Below the pieces are notes generated by a model. It had not been told where the DNA came from, did no database searches, and saw nothing but the letters and a program-made list of their open reading frames with translations. Below are positions 24,815 to 38,623 of a stretch of 64,000 bases of DNA, piece by piece; within the stretch, counting starts at the first letter, position 1, and every line of letters starts with the position of its first letter. The stretch is from contig OZ024742.1 of assembly GCA_964016885.1 (NCBI GenBank), positions 271,684,001 through 271,748,000 of the forward strand. Reading direction: 5' to 3'. A program made the position numbers and the translations under genes. This DNA is from Eledone cirrhosa. Lineage: Eukaryota.

Positions 24815-26442
24815 CTCTCCCAACACCGCCTGAACTAACATCTGTGATCGGCGAAAGCTTCCGAAGATATTCCATTACACTTACATAACGAGAAACAGCA
24901 GATTGCCCAAAAGACTTTCCATTTCTTTCTGTATTGAAGCACCAAATTATAGAACCACTTGGCTAATGTGCAATATTTTAAAGCCCATGTGGACAATGTT
25001 TCCAGGCCACGTGTACGGCTCTACTTAATTTCAGAATGAACATCTCCAATAGCCGTGAAATCCACACCGTATTTTTCAACCAAATATCGAGCAGGGACCT
25101 GTTTTTGCATTACAACTCTCCCCTCCCCAATAACTCAATAAGAGGGTACACCTTCAATGAAATGGCTCGCATACGCAACCGATGCAGTGAGGCTTCTAAT
25201 AGAACCGCCTAAATCAGATTCTTCCACAGCGTGTTAGAGATTAATGGCTATCCAACTTCCTTATCCACCCTACAACAAAACCCCAGACCCTGAGACCGGC
25301 TGAAAGAAACCAACAGTTGCTTTTTCAAGATCCCACATCTCAGCGAGAAAACACCCAACGTGATACTGTAAGCCATCAGGGTAGACGGCCTCAATATCAA
25401 ATTAGCTCACTCTGCCCTTTTATGCCGAAGATGCTGCTCCACATGACAACCACCAACGAAGATATCGGATGCATCCTAGCCAATTGCCCTATCCTCAACA
25501 CTAATTGTTGCTTATATACCTACGTAGTATTCCAGGCATGAATATAACAAGAGCATTCTATACTACATAGACAGCACTATTCAACCATTACAGCTCAGTA
25601 TTAAAGAGCAAGTTAATAACAACTCCTCTTCCTTCCGCAAACATATCATTTAATGGGGCAACCGGGACAACAAGATTACCACCACAGTTTCAGTTACCGA
25701 ACGTAGTATTGATACACTGATGATTACGGAAGCCCATTTAACCAAGTATTTAAACGTAGGATCAATAACCAAATGGAAAGAAGTGCACCAGATTGTTTAT
25801 TTACCTTATCCAACATAATTGAGCCATCATTCAATCATCCCAGTTGCCCCTTCCATGGTACGTTTCATTCGTTCTTCCGAATTAAGTCCTCACTAAGCAT
25901 ACACACGTAAACTCTCACACACAGATACATATATTACACACATACTTTTCGCTTTTTATCATATACATGTTTGCACACTCCTATCTCAACATAAACGTAC
26001 ACTTATGCATAGACATACATACAAGAGTGAAGTAAAATCTACCTCATTGACACATACATACATATAACTCACACACATTTTCCCCCTTCTATACATATTG
26101 GCCCACCCCTTTGACTAGGTAAACAAACATTCCCTCACTCACATACATACATCATACATATACCTTCATGCGTCTGCCACTAGCACACTTACATTCACGC
26201 ACACACGCACACATATATATTACTTTTTATCGACGTCCATGCTCAAAATGGTAACGCCTTTTATATTAAATCTGCCAACCTAACATCAACTCATCTCCGC
26301 CCGGTTCATTAAAACCTTTATAGGTATATTCCCTTGATAAGGGTGTTTAAACCCTAACATATTAGAGATAATTAAATATGATAAGGAAAAATTCTACTGT
26401 TATATTGGTACCTTCAATTTTCTAATGCATTGTACGGCTTTT

Positions 26443-26450
<8 letters not shown>
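24810..26450 (+). mobile_element. Degraded Penelope-like element of a further family
   Basis: LFLHYNSPLPNNSIRGYTFNEMARIRNRCS...LEINGYP (PLE RT thumb) and CILANCPI...CLYTYVVFQ...YIDSTIQPL..SIKEQ (GIY-YIG). Decayed hammerhead CTTGATAAGGGTGTTTAAACCCTAAC at 26333-26358. Tail 26390-26450 recurs at 16190-16250. Confidence 0.7.
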
Positions 26451-26482
<32 letters not shown>

Positions 26483-26639
26483 GGCGTAATTCGGGCTGTT
26501 TGTTTACAAACAAACCGTATATTATAATAAATATTCGGTAAACCCATACGTAGATATATATATATGTGTGCATGTATGTATATATATATACATACTACTG
26601 TACGTCCGACACATATATGTCTGTACACATATATGATTT

Positions 26640-29600
26640 CATTTATTGGCCACAAGGGCCGACATATAGAGGACAATACAAAGACTGGGACAGTGGGGTT
26701 TTACAGAAAAATAGAGTAAACAATATGAATCACAATAACAAAGTAACAATAAATTTACAACAAGAAAAAATTCCCCAATAGGGGGGATGACCACCCAGGT
26801 TTCGCTCAGGTACCCCACCAATCCCGAACGACCCGCCGGTTCGAGAGCACCCTGGAAGGGCACCCCTGTCCTCCTCAAATGTACCTTCCTACAGCCGCAT
26901 GACCAGAGTAGTCCACTCACACGGGCCATTCTCGACACATTCACCCACCTTTCAGCAAATGTACTAGGGGCAGCACTTCTCTCTCCACCCTCACTCTCCT
27001 TTCCAAGTGAAACTTGAATAAGTTGATGAGGTATTGGCCGAAGAGAACAGTGTCTGTCATCAGTCCTTTCAACCTCGTCCACCATACAACTATTTCGCTA
27101 CGGCCACCAGATAGAGGAAAATTGCCTGCCATTCCTGGCCAAAAAAGGCGGCGGTTCGATCTTCACTATGGACTCGGCAAATAGCCGGATCCGTTCTACA
27201 CGCGACAACAGCTGTTCAGCTTAACTCCACAAGTCAGTAATGCACGGACACTGTGCGAGTGCGTGCAGAACGTTTTCGTCGCTCTGCGCGCATCTCGGGC
27301 AGCTCCGTCTGACAGCACTTCCGTGCCTGTAGAGTTTATCTCGAACCGGCAGTGCCCCCCGGTAGCACTGCCAAGCGAGGGATTTTTTGGAAATTATCCA
27401 TCGTCCCCGGCTCGAAAGTCCTCCAGTACAGACAGGTTAGTTCGACTTCGTTGACAACCAGAACCTCTCCGAGTGCGTCGTCGCACTTACCCACCACTAA
27501 TCCTCTATAGAACTCGAGAATGGAAGTTCCACTGACCGCATTTCCCGCCTGGTAGAGGGCAGTCACTAGTAACTGGCAACATTCCAGATGCCATTCACCC
27601 AGTCTCTGTCTCTTCTTGACCCAAGACTGCAGCTCAGTCAAAGAAACGAGCTACGGAATCGCCCGTCTGACAAACGGCCACCACACCAGTTCACCGTTTA
27701 GGCAGAATATCTGGAGATGCGGCAGCCTCTGCGCATCATTAGCCACGGCATGCCCAGCCCTGCAAGTAGAGGGTGCTGGCAGCACATGGACCGCCTCACC
27801 AGCGGAACCTAACTCCTCCACAAGAAATTGAAGAGAAGTCGCTCCAAGATGGCGAGGCGCGAACGGGCGAAAGGCACGACGGTCTGACGGTAGTAGATGA
27901 CGGATGCGATGTACGTGTTCGCCACCTCCGCCCGACATTTCATTGTTAGCTTCATGCCAGCCCATTTCTGGGTGAGACTGGCTACCCTGCCCATCACATC
28001 GTCCCAATTCTTATCCACCTGGAGGTTTGGCCCGAACCAAATCTATAGCAACTTTACCGGTCCGTCCGTCCAGCGCTGTTGGACGGCATGGCCTTGCCCC
28101 TCCAGGTGCCGAGTTGTAAGCCCACCGAATTTTCCGGGTTAAGTTTTGCTCCCGTCAATCTTTCATATTCCTCCAATAAGTTGCCGACCACCTCGATTTC
28201 TGAGGTGTCCGACACCATCACGGTGATGTCATCCGCATAAACCGACACAGCCTTTCCGCGTCCCGGTTCGAGCGGGATGCCCTGCAACAGCTCCAGCTTC
28301 CGCAGTAAAGACTCGAGCGTCAATACGTACAGAAGGGAGGAGAGAGGGCACCCTTGACGGACCGATCGGGAGACCTGAAACGGTTCCGGGACGTGGCCAT
28401 TAATTTTGACCATCGAGCAGGTGCCGCTGTGCATTGCAGCGATCCAGCTACTGAAGACGGGGCCGAAGCCAGTCGCCTTGAGGACAGCCTCCACTACCGA
28501 TGGTCGACCCTATCGAATGCTTTCGATTGATCTAAATTTATCAGAGCCCCACCGAAGCCAGGTTTACACCCTATCCTCTCTATGATGTATCGCATTAGGT
28601 GGAGGTTGTCGTGTATGGACTGGGTTTGGATTGCGCAAGTGTGCGCCTCCCCAACCAAATCCCCGACGACAAGCTACAACCTCTTCGCTAACATCCTGGC
28701 CAAAATCTTAAACTAAGTCGTTGAGCAGATTTATGGGCCTGAAATTGTCTAATGTGTCCCTCTTGTTCTCGTCTTTCGTTATCAGCGTCACTACGCCCCG
28801 GCTCACAGAACTGGGAATACTCCTGTTTTGCTGCCAGTTGCAGTAGAGGGCTTCGAGGAGATTGGAGAATAAGTCTGGCATATTTACGTAAAGCTCGTTG
28901 GGCAGACCATCCAAACCGGGTGACTTGCGCCACATGCAGCCGACAAGGGCATCCTGAATCTCTGCTGAAGTAATTGGCCTTTCGCAGCGCCCAGCATCAG
29001 CCGTCGAGAGTTGCGGCAAGCCATCGAGGTAGGGATTTAAGTCCGCCATCATCTCTGACCCCCCACTTCCCCCGAACAACCGAGCAAAATGTTGGCGAAA
29101 GGCCTCACACATCCGATTGGAATCGTTCAGTTCGTGTCCGTCTCGTTCCGTCAAAGACCGAATCGTGGTTTTAATACCACGCCGCGCCTCTGCCACGCGG
29201 GCCCATCGAACAGCTTTTGTTCCCTCGTTTCTCAGAGCACGCGCCTTAGCTCTGACAAAGCAACCTTCGTGTTTCGCATTGAAGAAATGGTCTAATGTCA
29301 TTATCGCCGCTAGCACGTCAGTTGCAATGCCACTACCTATAACCTCGTCTCACTTATCTACCAACTCCCCCTCCTTTCTATTTTTCTCTAACGCTACTTC
29401 TTTGCTAAACTCTATCGACATTACTCTAATCTCTCTTTTGAGATCCCCTCGCCATCTATTGTTGACGACTCCCCCTGTCAACTTTTTCTTAACTAAATTG
29501 TTGAACTGGTCCCTGTAAGCCTTACGTGCCGGAAATGACATGTTTAGCTTCCAGAACCTGTTCCTGACCTACACATCTTCTCTAGGTTGTCCATAAATAT

Positions 29601-32207
29601 CACAAACTTGTGATCTGAGTAGGCGACCGTTTCAAAACGTGCACAGCTTACACTATTTCTGTCTATTTTCCTAATGAATATCCTGTCTATATACGATCTA
29701 GAGGAAACTATGCGATTAGCCCAGGTCCACACTGGTGCATTAGGGTCATCTAGTCGGTACCTGTCAGACAATTGGAACTGGCTGATCAGGTTCTTGAGGC
29801 TTTTGCAACCCCCGCTCCTACCGGATACTCCCACACAGTCCCAGCGTGCGTCTAAGAAGCCATTCCAGTCCCCCGCTAACAGTAAAGGGCGAGACGTATC
29901 CAGAAAGGCTTCCAGGCGTAGACGCATAGACAGCCACCAGTCTAAAGGCGTCACCTCCGTTATTGTTCACGTCCAGGATCACTAACTTCCCGTCCGGGTC
30001 CCGGAAGATTGACCTTACCTCGAGATCCAGGCCTTTCCTAAACAGCACTGCCACCCCGCCTCCCGTTCCCGGCCGGCTAACAGATGCAAAGATCTGATAG
30101 TCGTCGAAAATGGGGGCTAGTGTGCGCGTGTCGGAAATCCTGGTCTTGCTGATGGCAATTACATCCATTTCTAGAGACCTGAGGTCGTTGAGCAGGTGAC
30201 CCTGCTTCCAGGACGATCCCAGGCCTCGAACATTTAAACATCCTACTCTTAGTATTGCCATGTTGACATGTTAAAGAGAGAGAGGAAAGGTTTACTTACC
30301 TTCCGGGCCCTTGTGAAGGTCGGGTTGTTCGACCTCGATAGTTGGTGGGGTTTCTTTTGGGAACCCTTTTAAAAGTCTTGAAGTGGGTTTTACGTTCGAG
30401 GTTCCCACGTCCCAAGGAAAGCTGTCTCGTATTTCTTTGTATAAATCGATCGACATTCGCACCAGAACCAATTCTTCCGGCTCGCGAATTGTGCTCGATT
30501 TAAAAATGTCATCCTGTTTTTGTATATTTTCACTTCGTGCGACGAGGGCCATCAGTTCCCTATTGGCCCTCCTGACGAGCACCAAGTTTTGTATGTTTTG
30601 TTGGTGTGATTTTATTTGTTTGCGTGATTGTGGTGGTGTTGGTTTTGGTGGTGTTGTTTCGGTCGTGTCTGTGTTTGTTGTGAGTGCGGTGTCTGTGGTT
30701 TCAGATGTTGTTTACGTTTGGGGGATTCTGGTGATGGTGATGGTGGTTTTGATGTTGGTGTTATTGGAGACATGCTTGCGTGGGTGGTGTCTGCGTTTTT
30801 TATTGTGAGTGATTTTGTGCTTAATTGAGTTTTTTTTTCTTTTTCTGTTTCCTTTTTTGTAATTAGGGGGATTTTAGTTTTCCCTTATCTTCACTACTGG
30901 TAGATGAGGGGTCTGTGTCTATAAGTGTGTCTGTATGTAAGTTTATGATTTTATCGGTGTGTGTATTTTGGGGGAGAGGGGGAATTTGACAGCTTTCCAC
31001 GTCCCCCCCCCCCCCTGGGTGGTCAATGTTGGCGGTGGTCTTTCTATTTGTGTTGTTGTTGGTGGTTTTGCCGGTGCTGGTGTTCGTTGTGGTCCTCGCC
31101 CCGGCGTCGGCAGCAGTGGAGCCTTTCGACCCCTTGCCTCTTTCAGCAGTTGAGGGCAGAAGGCTCCCAAATGTGTGTTTTCCACACAAATAAAACACTG
31201 CGGCCTTTTGCCTTCGGTCATAATGTGAATGAGCGTCCCATTCTGAAGGCGGATGTGGTCCGGGATTGTCTTCACATTCTCGGGCCTAATCTGGAGAAGG
31301 ATCTCCAGGTCAACCCCGGACCAGTCCTCTCTGGCCGTTCTGGTCACTTCTATATGGACGGTATCCGTCCCCTCCACAATCTAACATCCCAGAAGCCGCC
31401 ACATGTCAAGTCCTGATGGGTTTCTGGGAATACGGAGACGGGCCGTTATTTTTCCCATGTGGGAGGGGTACATTATGACCCTGCTGGTTTTGCAAGGAGT
31501 CATAGCGTGTTTCATAACGAGGGCTTCTAACTTGAACAACACCGAAATGGTGCCGTACTGTCTGACCCTCTCTATGTATTCTGTGTCCTCTCTGATGCAC
31601 CTCAGCGCGACTTCGACATCTTCTCGTTTTCGTGTGTTGTTGTCGTTGTCGTTGTTCTTGTTGGTGTTGTTATCACTGTCGCTGTTATCATTGTTGTCTT
31701 TGTTGCCACCGTTGTTCTCGGTGCAGTTGGTATAGTTGCTGTTGGTGTTGTCGCTATTTGTTTTCATGTAAGTGGTGTTGATATTGTTGTTGCATTTGTC
31801 AATTTTTTTTTTGTTATCTTGGTCCAACTTAACTGTCCCGGTAGAAGCTATTAGTATCATTGGTGTCTTTGTTTACATTGTTTGTGGTGGTGTTTGTGTT
31901 ATCAATTTGTGTTAATTTAGCTGTAGTGCTCCTCTCAACTTCTACGTCGTTGTGGCACGACAGCAGACATATCGCTGGGGGTGGGGGGCGTAACTCAGCC
32001 ATGTTTTCTTTTTCACCGTAATTTTTTTTAAATGTAAAAAGGTTCAAATATTTGGGCCAAAAGGCCCACATATTATACTCTCCGCTTCAGAAGGCAAAGT
32101 CTAAGGGCTTATATCCCTTACACAACAAGAAATATTTAACAACAAATAATTTTAACAGGCAAATAAATCGACTTAGTGGGAGCGAGCAAAATACGTCCGA
32201 TTAGACC
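26640..32207 (-). mobile_element. Full-length Tx1/L1-clade LINE (ORF1 + ORF2), pseudogenised
   Basis: ORF1 remnants at 32071-30292 with CCHC knuckle CFICVENTHLGAFC. ORF2 from 30261: APE (CLNVRGL, VAVYAS, GDWN, SYIDRI, YSDHK), RT (KSPGLDGLP, FRPINLLN, RQGCPLS, YADDITV) and CPRC knuckle. The 3'UTR ends CCCTTGTGGCCAATAAA. 5' end GGTCTAATCGGACGTATTTTGCTCGCTCC. Confidence 0.93.
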
Positions 32208-32220
32208 AATAATAATAATA

Positions 32221-32383
32221 ATAATTGTTTCTACTTTAGGCACAAGGCCATTACTGGTACTTTATTTTATCGATCCCGTAAGGATGAAAGGCAAAGACAA
32301 CCTCGGCGGGATTTGAACTCAGATCGTAAAGGGACGTAACTATGCTGGAAAGCATGGCGTCCGACCCTCTACCGATACTGCCG
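32221..32383 (-). mobile_element. tRNA-derived SINE (dominant family)
   Basis: Family core present. Its (ATT)n tail directly abuts the Tx1 5' end. Confidence 0.88.
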
Positions 32384-32407
32384 AAACAGCGAGTGAGTTT
32401 GAAAATA

Positions 32408-32557
32408 GAAATAGAATCTTTCAGCGTACTTTAAACTAAAGAGATTTTAGCCTGATAGTGCGGTTTAGAACACCTTAAGAATTTGAAAAAGATTAGCATT
32501 GACGTACATGTACGTCAATACTAATCTTTAGTTAAAAATACGTTGAAATCTTCTATT
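32408..32557. repeat. Small fold-back element with an internal 42-bp palindrome
   Basis: AAAGATTAGCATTGACGTACATGTACGTCAATACTAATCTTT at 32488-32529. Outer arms AATAGAATCTTTCAGCGTACTTTAAACTAAAGA and TCTTTAGTTAAAAATACGTTGAAATCTTCTATT. Confidence 0.7.
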
Positions 32558-32560
32558 ACT

Positions 32561-32780
32561 AATAATGGTTTCTGATATAGGCACAAGGATAGCAATTTCG
32601 GGAGGGAGATTTTAGGGATGGGACTATCGATTAAACAACCCCAGTGCATTACTGGTGCTTTATTTTATCGAGCCCGTAAGGGTGAAAGGCAAATTTAACT
32701 TTGGGGGGATTTGAACTCAGACAGTAATTCTATGCTGCAACGCATGGCGTCCGACTCTCTAACGATACTGCCAATCCACC
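32561..32780 (-). mobile_element. tRNA-derived SINE, longer-tail subfamily
   Basis: Family core plus an extra GGGAGGGAG...CTATCGATT segment near the 3' end. Confidence 0.85.
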
Positions 32781-32802
32781 AAAGAATAATATTAATAATA
32801 AG

Positions 32803-32972
32803 TAGGTAGTAGTAATAGTGGCAGTAGCAGCAACATCAATAGTAGTAGCAGTAGTACTAGTAGTTTTATAGTAGTAGTACTAGTAGTAGTAGCTGTAGTA
32901 GTAATAGTAGTAGCAGTAGTAGTAGTAGTAGTAGCATATGTAGTAGTAGTAGTAGTAGTAGTAGTAATAGTA
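32803..32972. repeat. (TAG)n microsatellite
   Basis: Direct read. Confidence 0.9.
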
Positions 32973-34144
32973 ACGAAATAAAGTGATAATGCGATTAATA
33001 AGGAAAGCAAAAAAAATGGTCTTGAACAATCGATTGTAATGTAAAGACAGTCAAATACATTAAAATGAAACTGAGAAAGCATTTCTGACACATGGGAGGA
33101 TAAATGAATAAACAAACAAATAAACAAATAAACGTAGTTTAAAGTAATAGAAAAGTAAACCAAAAGGAAATAAATTTACAAGAAACAAAAGGAAAATAAA
33201 AAGAAAATTAATCATATTATGCAAAATCAGCAAATGAAAACGTGAGTGAAACAAGAGAAAAAAATCTATCCTAAAATGAATTAAAATTTAAACATCGTGT
33301 AGCAAAAAATGATGAAACAGAAACACAGTGTAGTAATTGTAAAATAGAGTATAAGAAAACTATTATACAAACTTAACAAATATACAGAAAAAAATTGACG
33401 GAATTATAACAGATGATGTCCATTAAGAGATTAGGGAAAGAAAGGGAAAATGAGAAGACAAGAGCGAAAATAATTTATAGAAAATTAAACTAAGAATTCA
33501 AAATAAAGAAGGAATTAAGTAGAAAAGGTAAGAGATCTAGGATTGATGTTACATGAAAGTATTTTTTAATTCCCCTGAAATATTGATATAATTTGACTGG
33601 CAAACAGAAATAGTTTTGCTCAAAATAATGCTTCATAAAATAAAGAGTACTTGTTGAGAAACGAAGACTAGAAATATTGAGAGTATGATTTATCTTATAT
33701 AAACACTTTGAGTATTTCTCGCTGGGAAATGTAAAGGAATTTGGTACGTCATAATCTCTCTTACAAGCTCTCTGCTTATGGATAACGTTTGGAATCCGTC
33801 AGGCGATGTGACACCAGGATAATGAGTAATACAGTTGGTAGCATTCGAATCTGCCAAAGTCCATCTCATCGGCCGATCACGTTCGAGATATGTGACTTTC
33901 GTTTAAATACTTTTTAAAGGTTTCCCTATAAAAAAATGTTGATCGTTTTGCGTTGTTTTCGTTCGATTTCTTGTCCTCAGTTTGTTAATTTTCCTAATGT
34001 TATCATTATTAATGTGACGAACGCGTTATCCCTGCCCATTAATTTTAATTGTTTACATTTTCTAGCAAGATATCTTACTTTCTTCTTGCTTATTTTCTAT
34101 CATTTTTAGCCTAATATGTATCGGTGTTGCTGCTGCTGTTTTGT

Positions 34145-34194
34145 TTCTTCTTCTTCTTCTTCTTCTTCTTCTTCTCCTTCTTCTTCTTCTTCTT

Positions 34195-34225
<31 letters not shown>

Positions 34226-34245
34226 TTCTTCTTCTTCTTCTTCTT

Positions 34246-34276
<31 letters not shown>

Positions 34277-34293
34277 TTTTCCTTCTTCTTCTT
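34145..34293. repeat. (TTC)n microsatellite
   Basis: Direct read. Source of the poly-K/F/L ORFs. Confidence 0.95.
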
Positions 34294-34660
34294 AGTAGTA
34301 GTAGTAACGGGCATGTCGTTTGAATTTAAATAGGTAGCGACTCTACCTGGAGTGATTCTCTGATTTAGCGTGTAAACTTACTCCAAAGTCCCATTGACAA
34401 TAGACGCCTTTTCGGTCAATTGTATGCACGATCGTATTCTTTCGGTCATTACACACGATTCCTGACCAAATATAAGGGTTGGCATGAAAAACCGAATTGA
34501 AAACAGCGATTTTAGTTGGCTTATACGCCTACCCCACTTCTGTTTACTGAAAGGTGAAGCTGGTGCATTACTGCACCAACTTCTGCAATTCTTGCACTTA
34601 ATTCACTTGATTAATGTTCTTGAGTATATTCTTCAGTATATATATATATATATATATATA

Positions 34661-34851
34661 AGGGCGGTGAATTGGCAGTATCGGTAGAGGGTTGGGCGCC
34701 ATTCTTTGACGCATAGAGTTACGGCCCTTGCCATTCTCAGTTCAAATCCCGCCGAGGTTAACTTTGCCTTTCATCCTTACGGGGTCGATAAAATATAGTA
34801 CCAGTAATGTACTGGGTAATTGCTGGCCTTGTGCCAAAAGTAGAAACAATT
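34661..34851 (+). mobile_element. Full-length tRNA-derived SINE inserted in (TA)n
   Basis: GGCGGTGAATTGGCAGTATCGGTAGAGG (A box) ... CAGTTCAAATCCCGCC (B box) ... AACTTTGCCTTTCATCC ... GTAGAAACAATT. Confidence 0.9.
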
Positions 34852-35084
34852 ATATATATATATATGACTGTAAAACCAAGTGATAATTTTCTCTTTCGAA
34901 AGTTTAACTGGTAGCGGTAATCTCGGGCAATTTGTCTTTACACTGAGGGAGTCAATTTTCAAGTCGTCTACCGGACATATTGGGTGCATTCTAATTGCAC
35001 TTTGGCCGCATCCCAGTCAGCGAAACTGAACAGTCGGGAATATGAAGAAAAAATATGTATTTTTTGTTTATTTTGCTCTTCACA

Positions 35085-35131
<47 letters not shown>

Positions 35132-35135
<4 letters not shown>

Positions 35136-37125
35136 GAAAGGTATAGAAAGTATTGTAGCAAGAAGTCAACAGTATTCCATAATATATATGTGACTATAGC
35201 GTCAAAATGGGAAAATAGTTAACGTAAGATGTGGGCAAAATAATTCAGACTCTATTCAAAAAGAATCAGGATATAGATTTATACAACAGAACTAAGTGAA
35301 ATCCAGGGAGAAATCTCTAGAGCCTTACCTCATGATAAAATAAAGTTTAAAATACGCATCTTTCAATTTGAGACAACTACAAATGCTCTGTATAGTCTTG
35401 AAAAGACTATTTCACGAAAACTTTCAGTGGAGATGGTCACGGTTGGAATTCGATCGTAAGCAGAGCTCAACACGATAGCCAAATTCTCACTGATTAATAT
35501 GCCAAAAAGGGAATTTAAAAGCGGGCTAGTTTAACATCATGCGTGATTATGAAAATAAAACGCACATGTATATATAAATTAATAAAAACAATGAAATAAA
35601 GACAAAGAACAAGTTCCTTGTATAATAAAATTCATCATTTTACGATCGTTTCTGGGATGTATATGTGTGTTGGTATGTATATCATGTTTAAGATCTATGT
35701 AAAAATATTACATGTTATCAGAGAAAATATACATACCTTCACATATACATGCCGTCCTCAGAAATGATGAGATGTGTTTATTGAAGGAAACAAAGAAGTG
35801 ATATAGAGAGTCTGTTTGGGAACATGTTTTGAATTAACCAATAGAAATGATGTAGAGATCAAGTTGATAGAATAACAGTAGTAGAAATTAAATCTAGGGC
35901 TGGAGGAGTGCAAATTAATGCTTTGAATGAAAAGAATACAATGGGGAGGAGAAAATGAGGCCAGGTCAAGAAAATAGTGAAGTGTACACGAACATTTGAT
36001 GTTATTAAAGAATGTCCTTAAAAACGAAGAAAACATTTTTGGGGGAGATAAAGTTATTAGTGAGAAATACTAATCTTATTTAAACTACAAGGAATCTAGA
36101 TACATAACAGGAAATTAAATTAAATGATACGTATACTTATAGGGATACAGTTATATTAATTCATATGAATGTGATAAATAAAGAAGTAAAACATTAAAGC
36201 AATAAAAAATATATATATGGAAAAACTGAGATAGATACATTTTTTTATAAAGAGTATTGTATCTATACGGACATTGATGATATTAAAGATATTAATTATA
36301 ATTGATAATCATAGGAATTAAATGTAATAAATAGGGGATGCGATTGTAGTGAGGTTAAAAATAAATTTAGGAAATAAGAGCTGTAAGAAGGAAATAAAAT
36401 TATAAAATTCTCTGTAGTAAAATACTAAATAAAAAAAAGCAATTATAATAATTTGTAAAATATAAGAGTAAGGTATATATTAATTAAGTTTATAATATTT
36501 GAAGGTTTTTCTAATTCTATGATTGTAAGATATAAATAATTCCTGTCACTTATTTAATAGGATATCCTTAGATTTCATGATTTCAAAAAGTTCTTGGGAG
36601 AATAATCTAGATTCGTATCTGCTATTTTGATAAAGGGTGGCCCTTATAAGCACGCTCCAGGTCATGTTATAATCAATGTTCTTATTTCTATAGTTATTAA
36701 TTGCTTCAGCCAAGGATGTTGTAATAGCTAATGCGGCATTTTTAAAACAATGTTTGTGGGTATTAAATTTTACTTTAAATTGGTTAGACGTAGCTCCTAT
36801 ATATGAGTGAGTGGAATCCTTAGTGTTAATTTTACATTTATAGACTATGTTATTAATAAGACAATTTCCATTAAATGGGCAATTTCATTTAATCCTACAG
36901 TTACAACCATTCATAAATATTATATCAGGGGAGTTATTCAAAATTGGTGTGGAGTTTACAGGACCTGTAAATAGGTGAAGGAGATGGTGGTTTGTTATGG
37001 TTCATTTTAGTATTATTATGGTTGGTTTGGTGTGTTGGTGGTATATTTATGATATTTTTACACTTACATGCGTTGAACGCATTTATATTCTGTTGTATCA
37101 TTTTCGTAGTGGAAAGCCAACGAGA
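35132..37125 (-). mobile_element. Penelope-like element 3' part (GIY-YIG + tail), inverted relative of 56880-58920
   Basis: NIPPTHQTNH...KPPSPS and NGCNCR..CPFNGNCLINNIVYKC..YIGATS are shared with 56938-57210. Tail 35132-35340 matches 58700-58920. Confidence 0.85.
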
Positions 37126-37269
37126 TACAAGCCGAAGCTTCGAATTTACCAAACTTTCATTTATATATATATATATATATATATATACATAGTTTTTGTA
37201 GGGTTGCAATTAGATGCGTCCGTTGGCGCTATGCCGGTTGAGCACTCGATTCCCGCGCACAACAGAGTA

Positions 37270-37600
37270 TAATATTATAGATAGCGAGGAATAAGTAAGG
37301 CATTAAACCACAATTTATTAACATATTACATATGATTCCCCGTTGATCAGCTCGAGGCAGGATCTGTTACGTATCGAATTGAATCTGCATTTGAATGTTC
37401 CTCAGACATATCTCGTGGATTCAAAGTATTCCATCTAATTCAAAACATCACATCCGTTCCAGCGGTAGCAGCTAATATCATCCTTTTATTACGGATTTTT
37501 AATTGGTTCATTAGTTCAAACGTCATCGACATCCTTTGACCACTCAAATTCAGCCACTGGCTACAGTCATTCACGCGAAACCTGTCAATCACACAAAGCT
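37270..37600 (-). mobile_element. Diverged member of the 14195-14652 non-coding family
   Basis: Collinear conserved blocks CATATTACA, CAGCTCGAGGCA.GATC, CCTCAGA.A..TCTCG, GCAGCT, CGTCATCG, CCACTCA and CGAAACCTGTCAATCA. Confidence 0.75.
37320..37412 (-). ncRNA. Extended-stem II hammerhead, one core substitution (GAAT)
   Basis: Minus: GATATGT-CTGAGGA-[~60 nt including GATCCTGCCTCGAGCTGATC]-GAAT-CATATG-TA-ATATGTT. Confidence 0.55.
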
Positions 37601-37665
37601 ACTTTGCTACCATAGATATACATATATCTATCATTACACATGTCTAAATACACATATATACATAT

Positions 37666-37727
<62 letters not shown>

Positions 37728-37905
37728 CGAAGGAAATGTGGTGAGGAACCAGGTGGACCATAACACACCAAAGTACTCAATACTTAGTAGGGTAGTAGAG
37801 TGGGTAATAGGAACGAGTAGGACACCGACGGCTGAGCTCAAGCCGTTTCTGTCCAGAATTAGCCGTCGAAACGGCTTCAGCTCAGCCGTCGGGGTCCTAC
37901 TCGTT

Positions 37906-37910
<5 letters not shown>
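37728..37910. mobile_element. Mini pLTR-like element with a 43-bp inverted repeat, inside (TA)n
   Basis: 37807-37849 pairs with 37868-37910. The arm contains a hammerhead 3' half GAAA-CGGC-TTCAGCTCA-GCCG-TC-GGGGTCC. Confidence 0.7.
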
Positions 37911-37944
<34 letters not shown>

Positions 37945-37949
<5 letters not shown>

Positions 37950-38623
37950 GATTTATATCTCAAGCTGTGGCACGCCGCCCTGGCTTTGCTCTTCACCCAA
38001 CCACATCATCTTCCGTATTCCCAATTTTGCTCCCAGATACAGGCAATCCTCAACCAATTCTAGCGGCTTCCTGCCTACATTGGTGATCCCCTCTGGCTTC
38101 TCAACATTCTCTACCAGATATTTTGTTTTAGTCTCATTCATTCTCAGCCCCACACTCTTCGACACAGTCTCAACCTCCTGCTGCATCAAATCCTCTGCCT
38201 CCTCACTGAATTTGTCACCAAAACTATGTCGTCGGCAAATTCAGCATCCGATATCTTTTTCGCCTTAACTCTTCTGAAAATCCGCCTCTTCATTGCTGTA
38301 TTGGAGTATGTGCTGCTGAACGGGTCTGAGACTTGGACACTGACCAACAAACTCACTCAAATGGTGGATGGGTGCTACACGAGAATGCTGAGGATGGCTC
38401 AGAACATTAATCAGTAAACACCAAAGGTCAGGTCAAATTTGAGTTGACATTGCACTCAGTGCTCCTGAGGGAGACCGTGCATGCACACACTGGAAGAGGA
38501 AGACCAAGTTTAACGTATGTTGATGCCCTAAGGACAGACACTGGTCATTTAGCAATAATGAGGGACAGAGAGCGCTGGAGAGAACTCGTCCATGGATCTC
38601 GGGAATTTTACCCGCCCCAGAAT

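Noticed and set aside
33700-33900. Possible exon in a GC-richer island
   Set aside because: The frames I checked are short, with no recognisable motif or convincing splice pair.
34111-34333. Poly-K, poly-F and poly-L ORFs
   Set aside because: (TTC)n microsatellite.
34661-34755. tRNA gene
   Set aside because: A and B boxes are present but there is no cloverleaf; it is the SINE head, repeated about seven times in the window.
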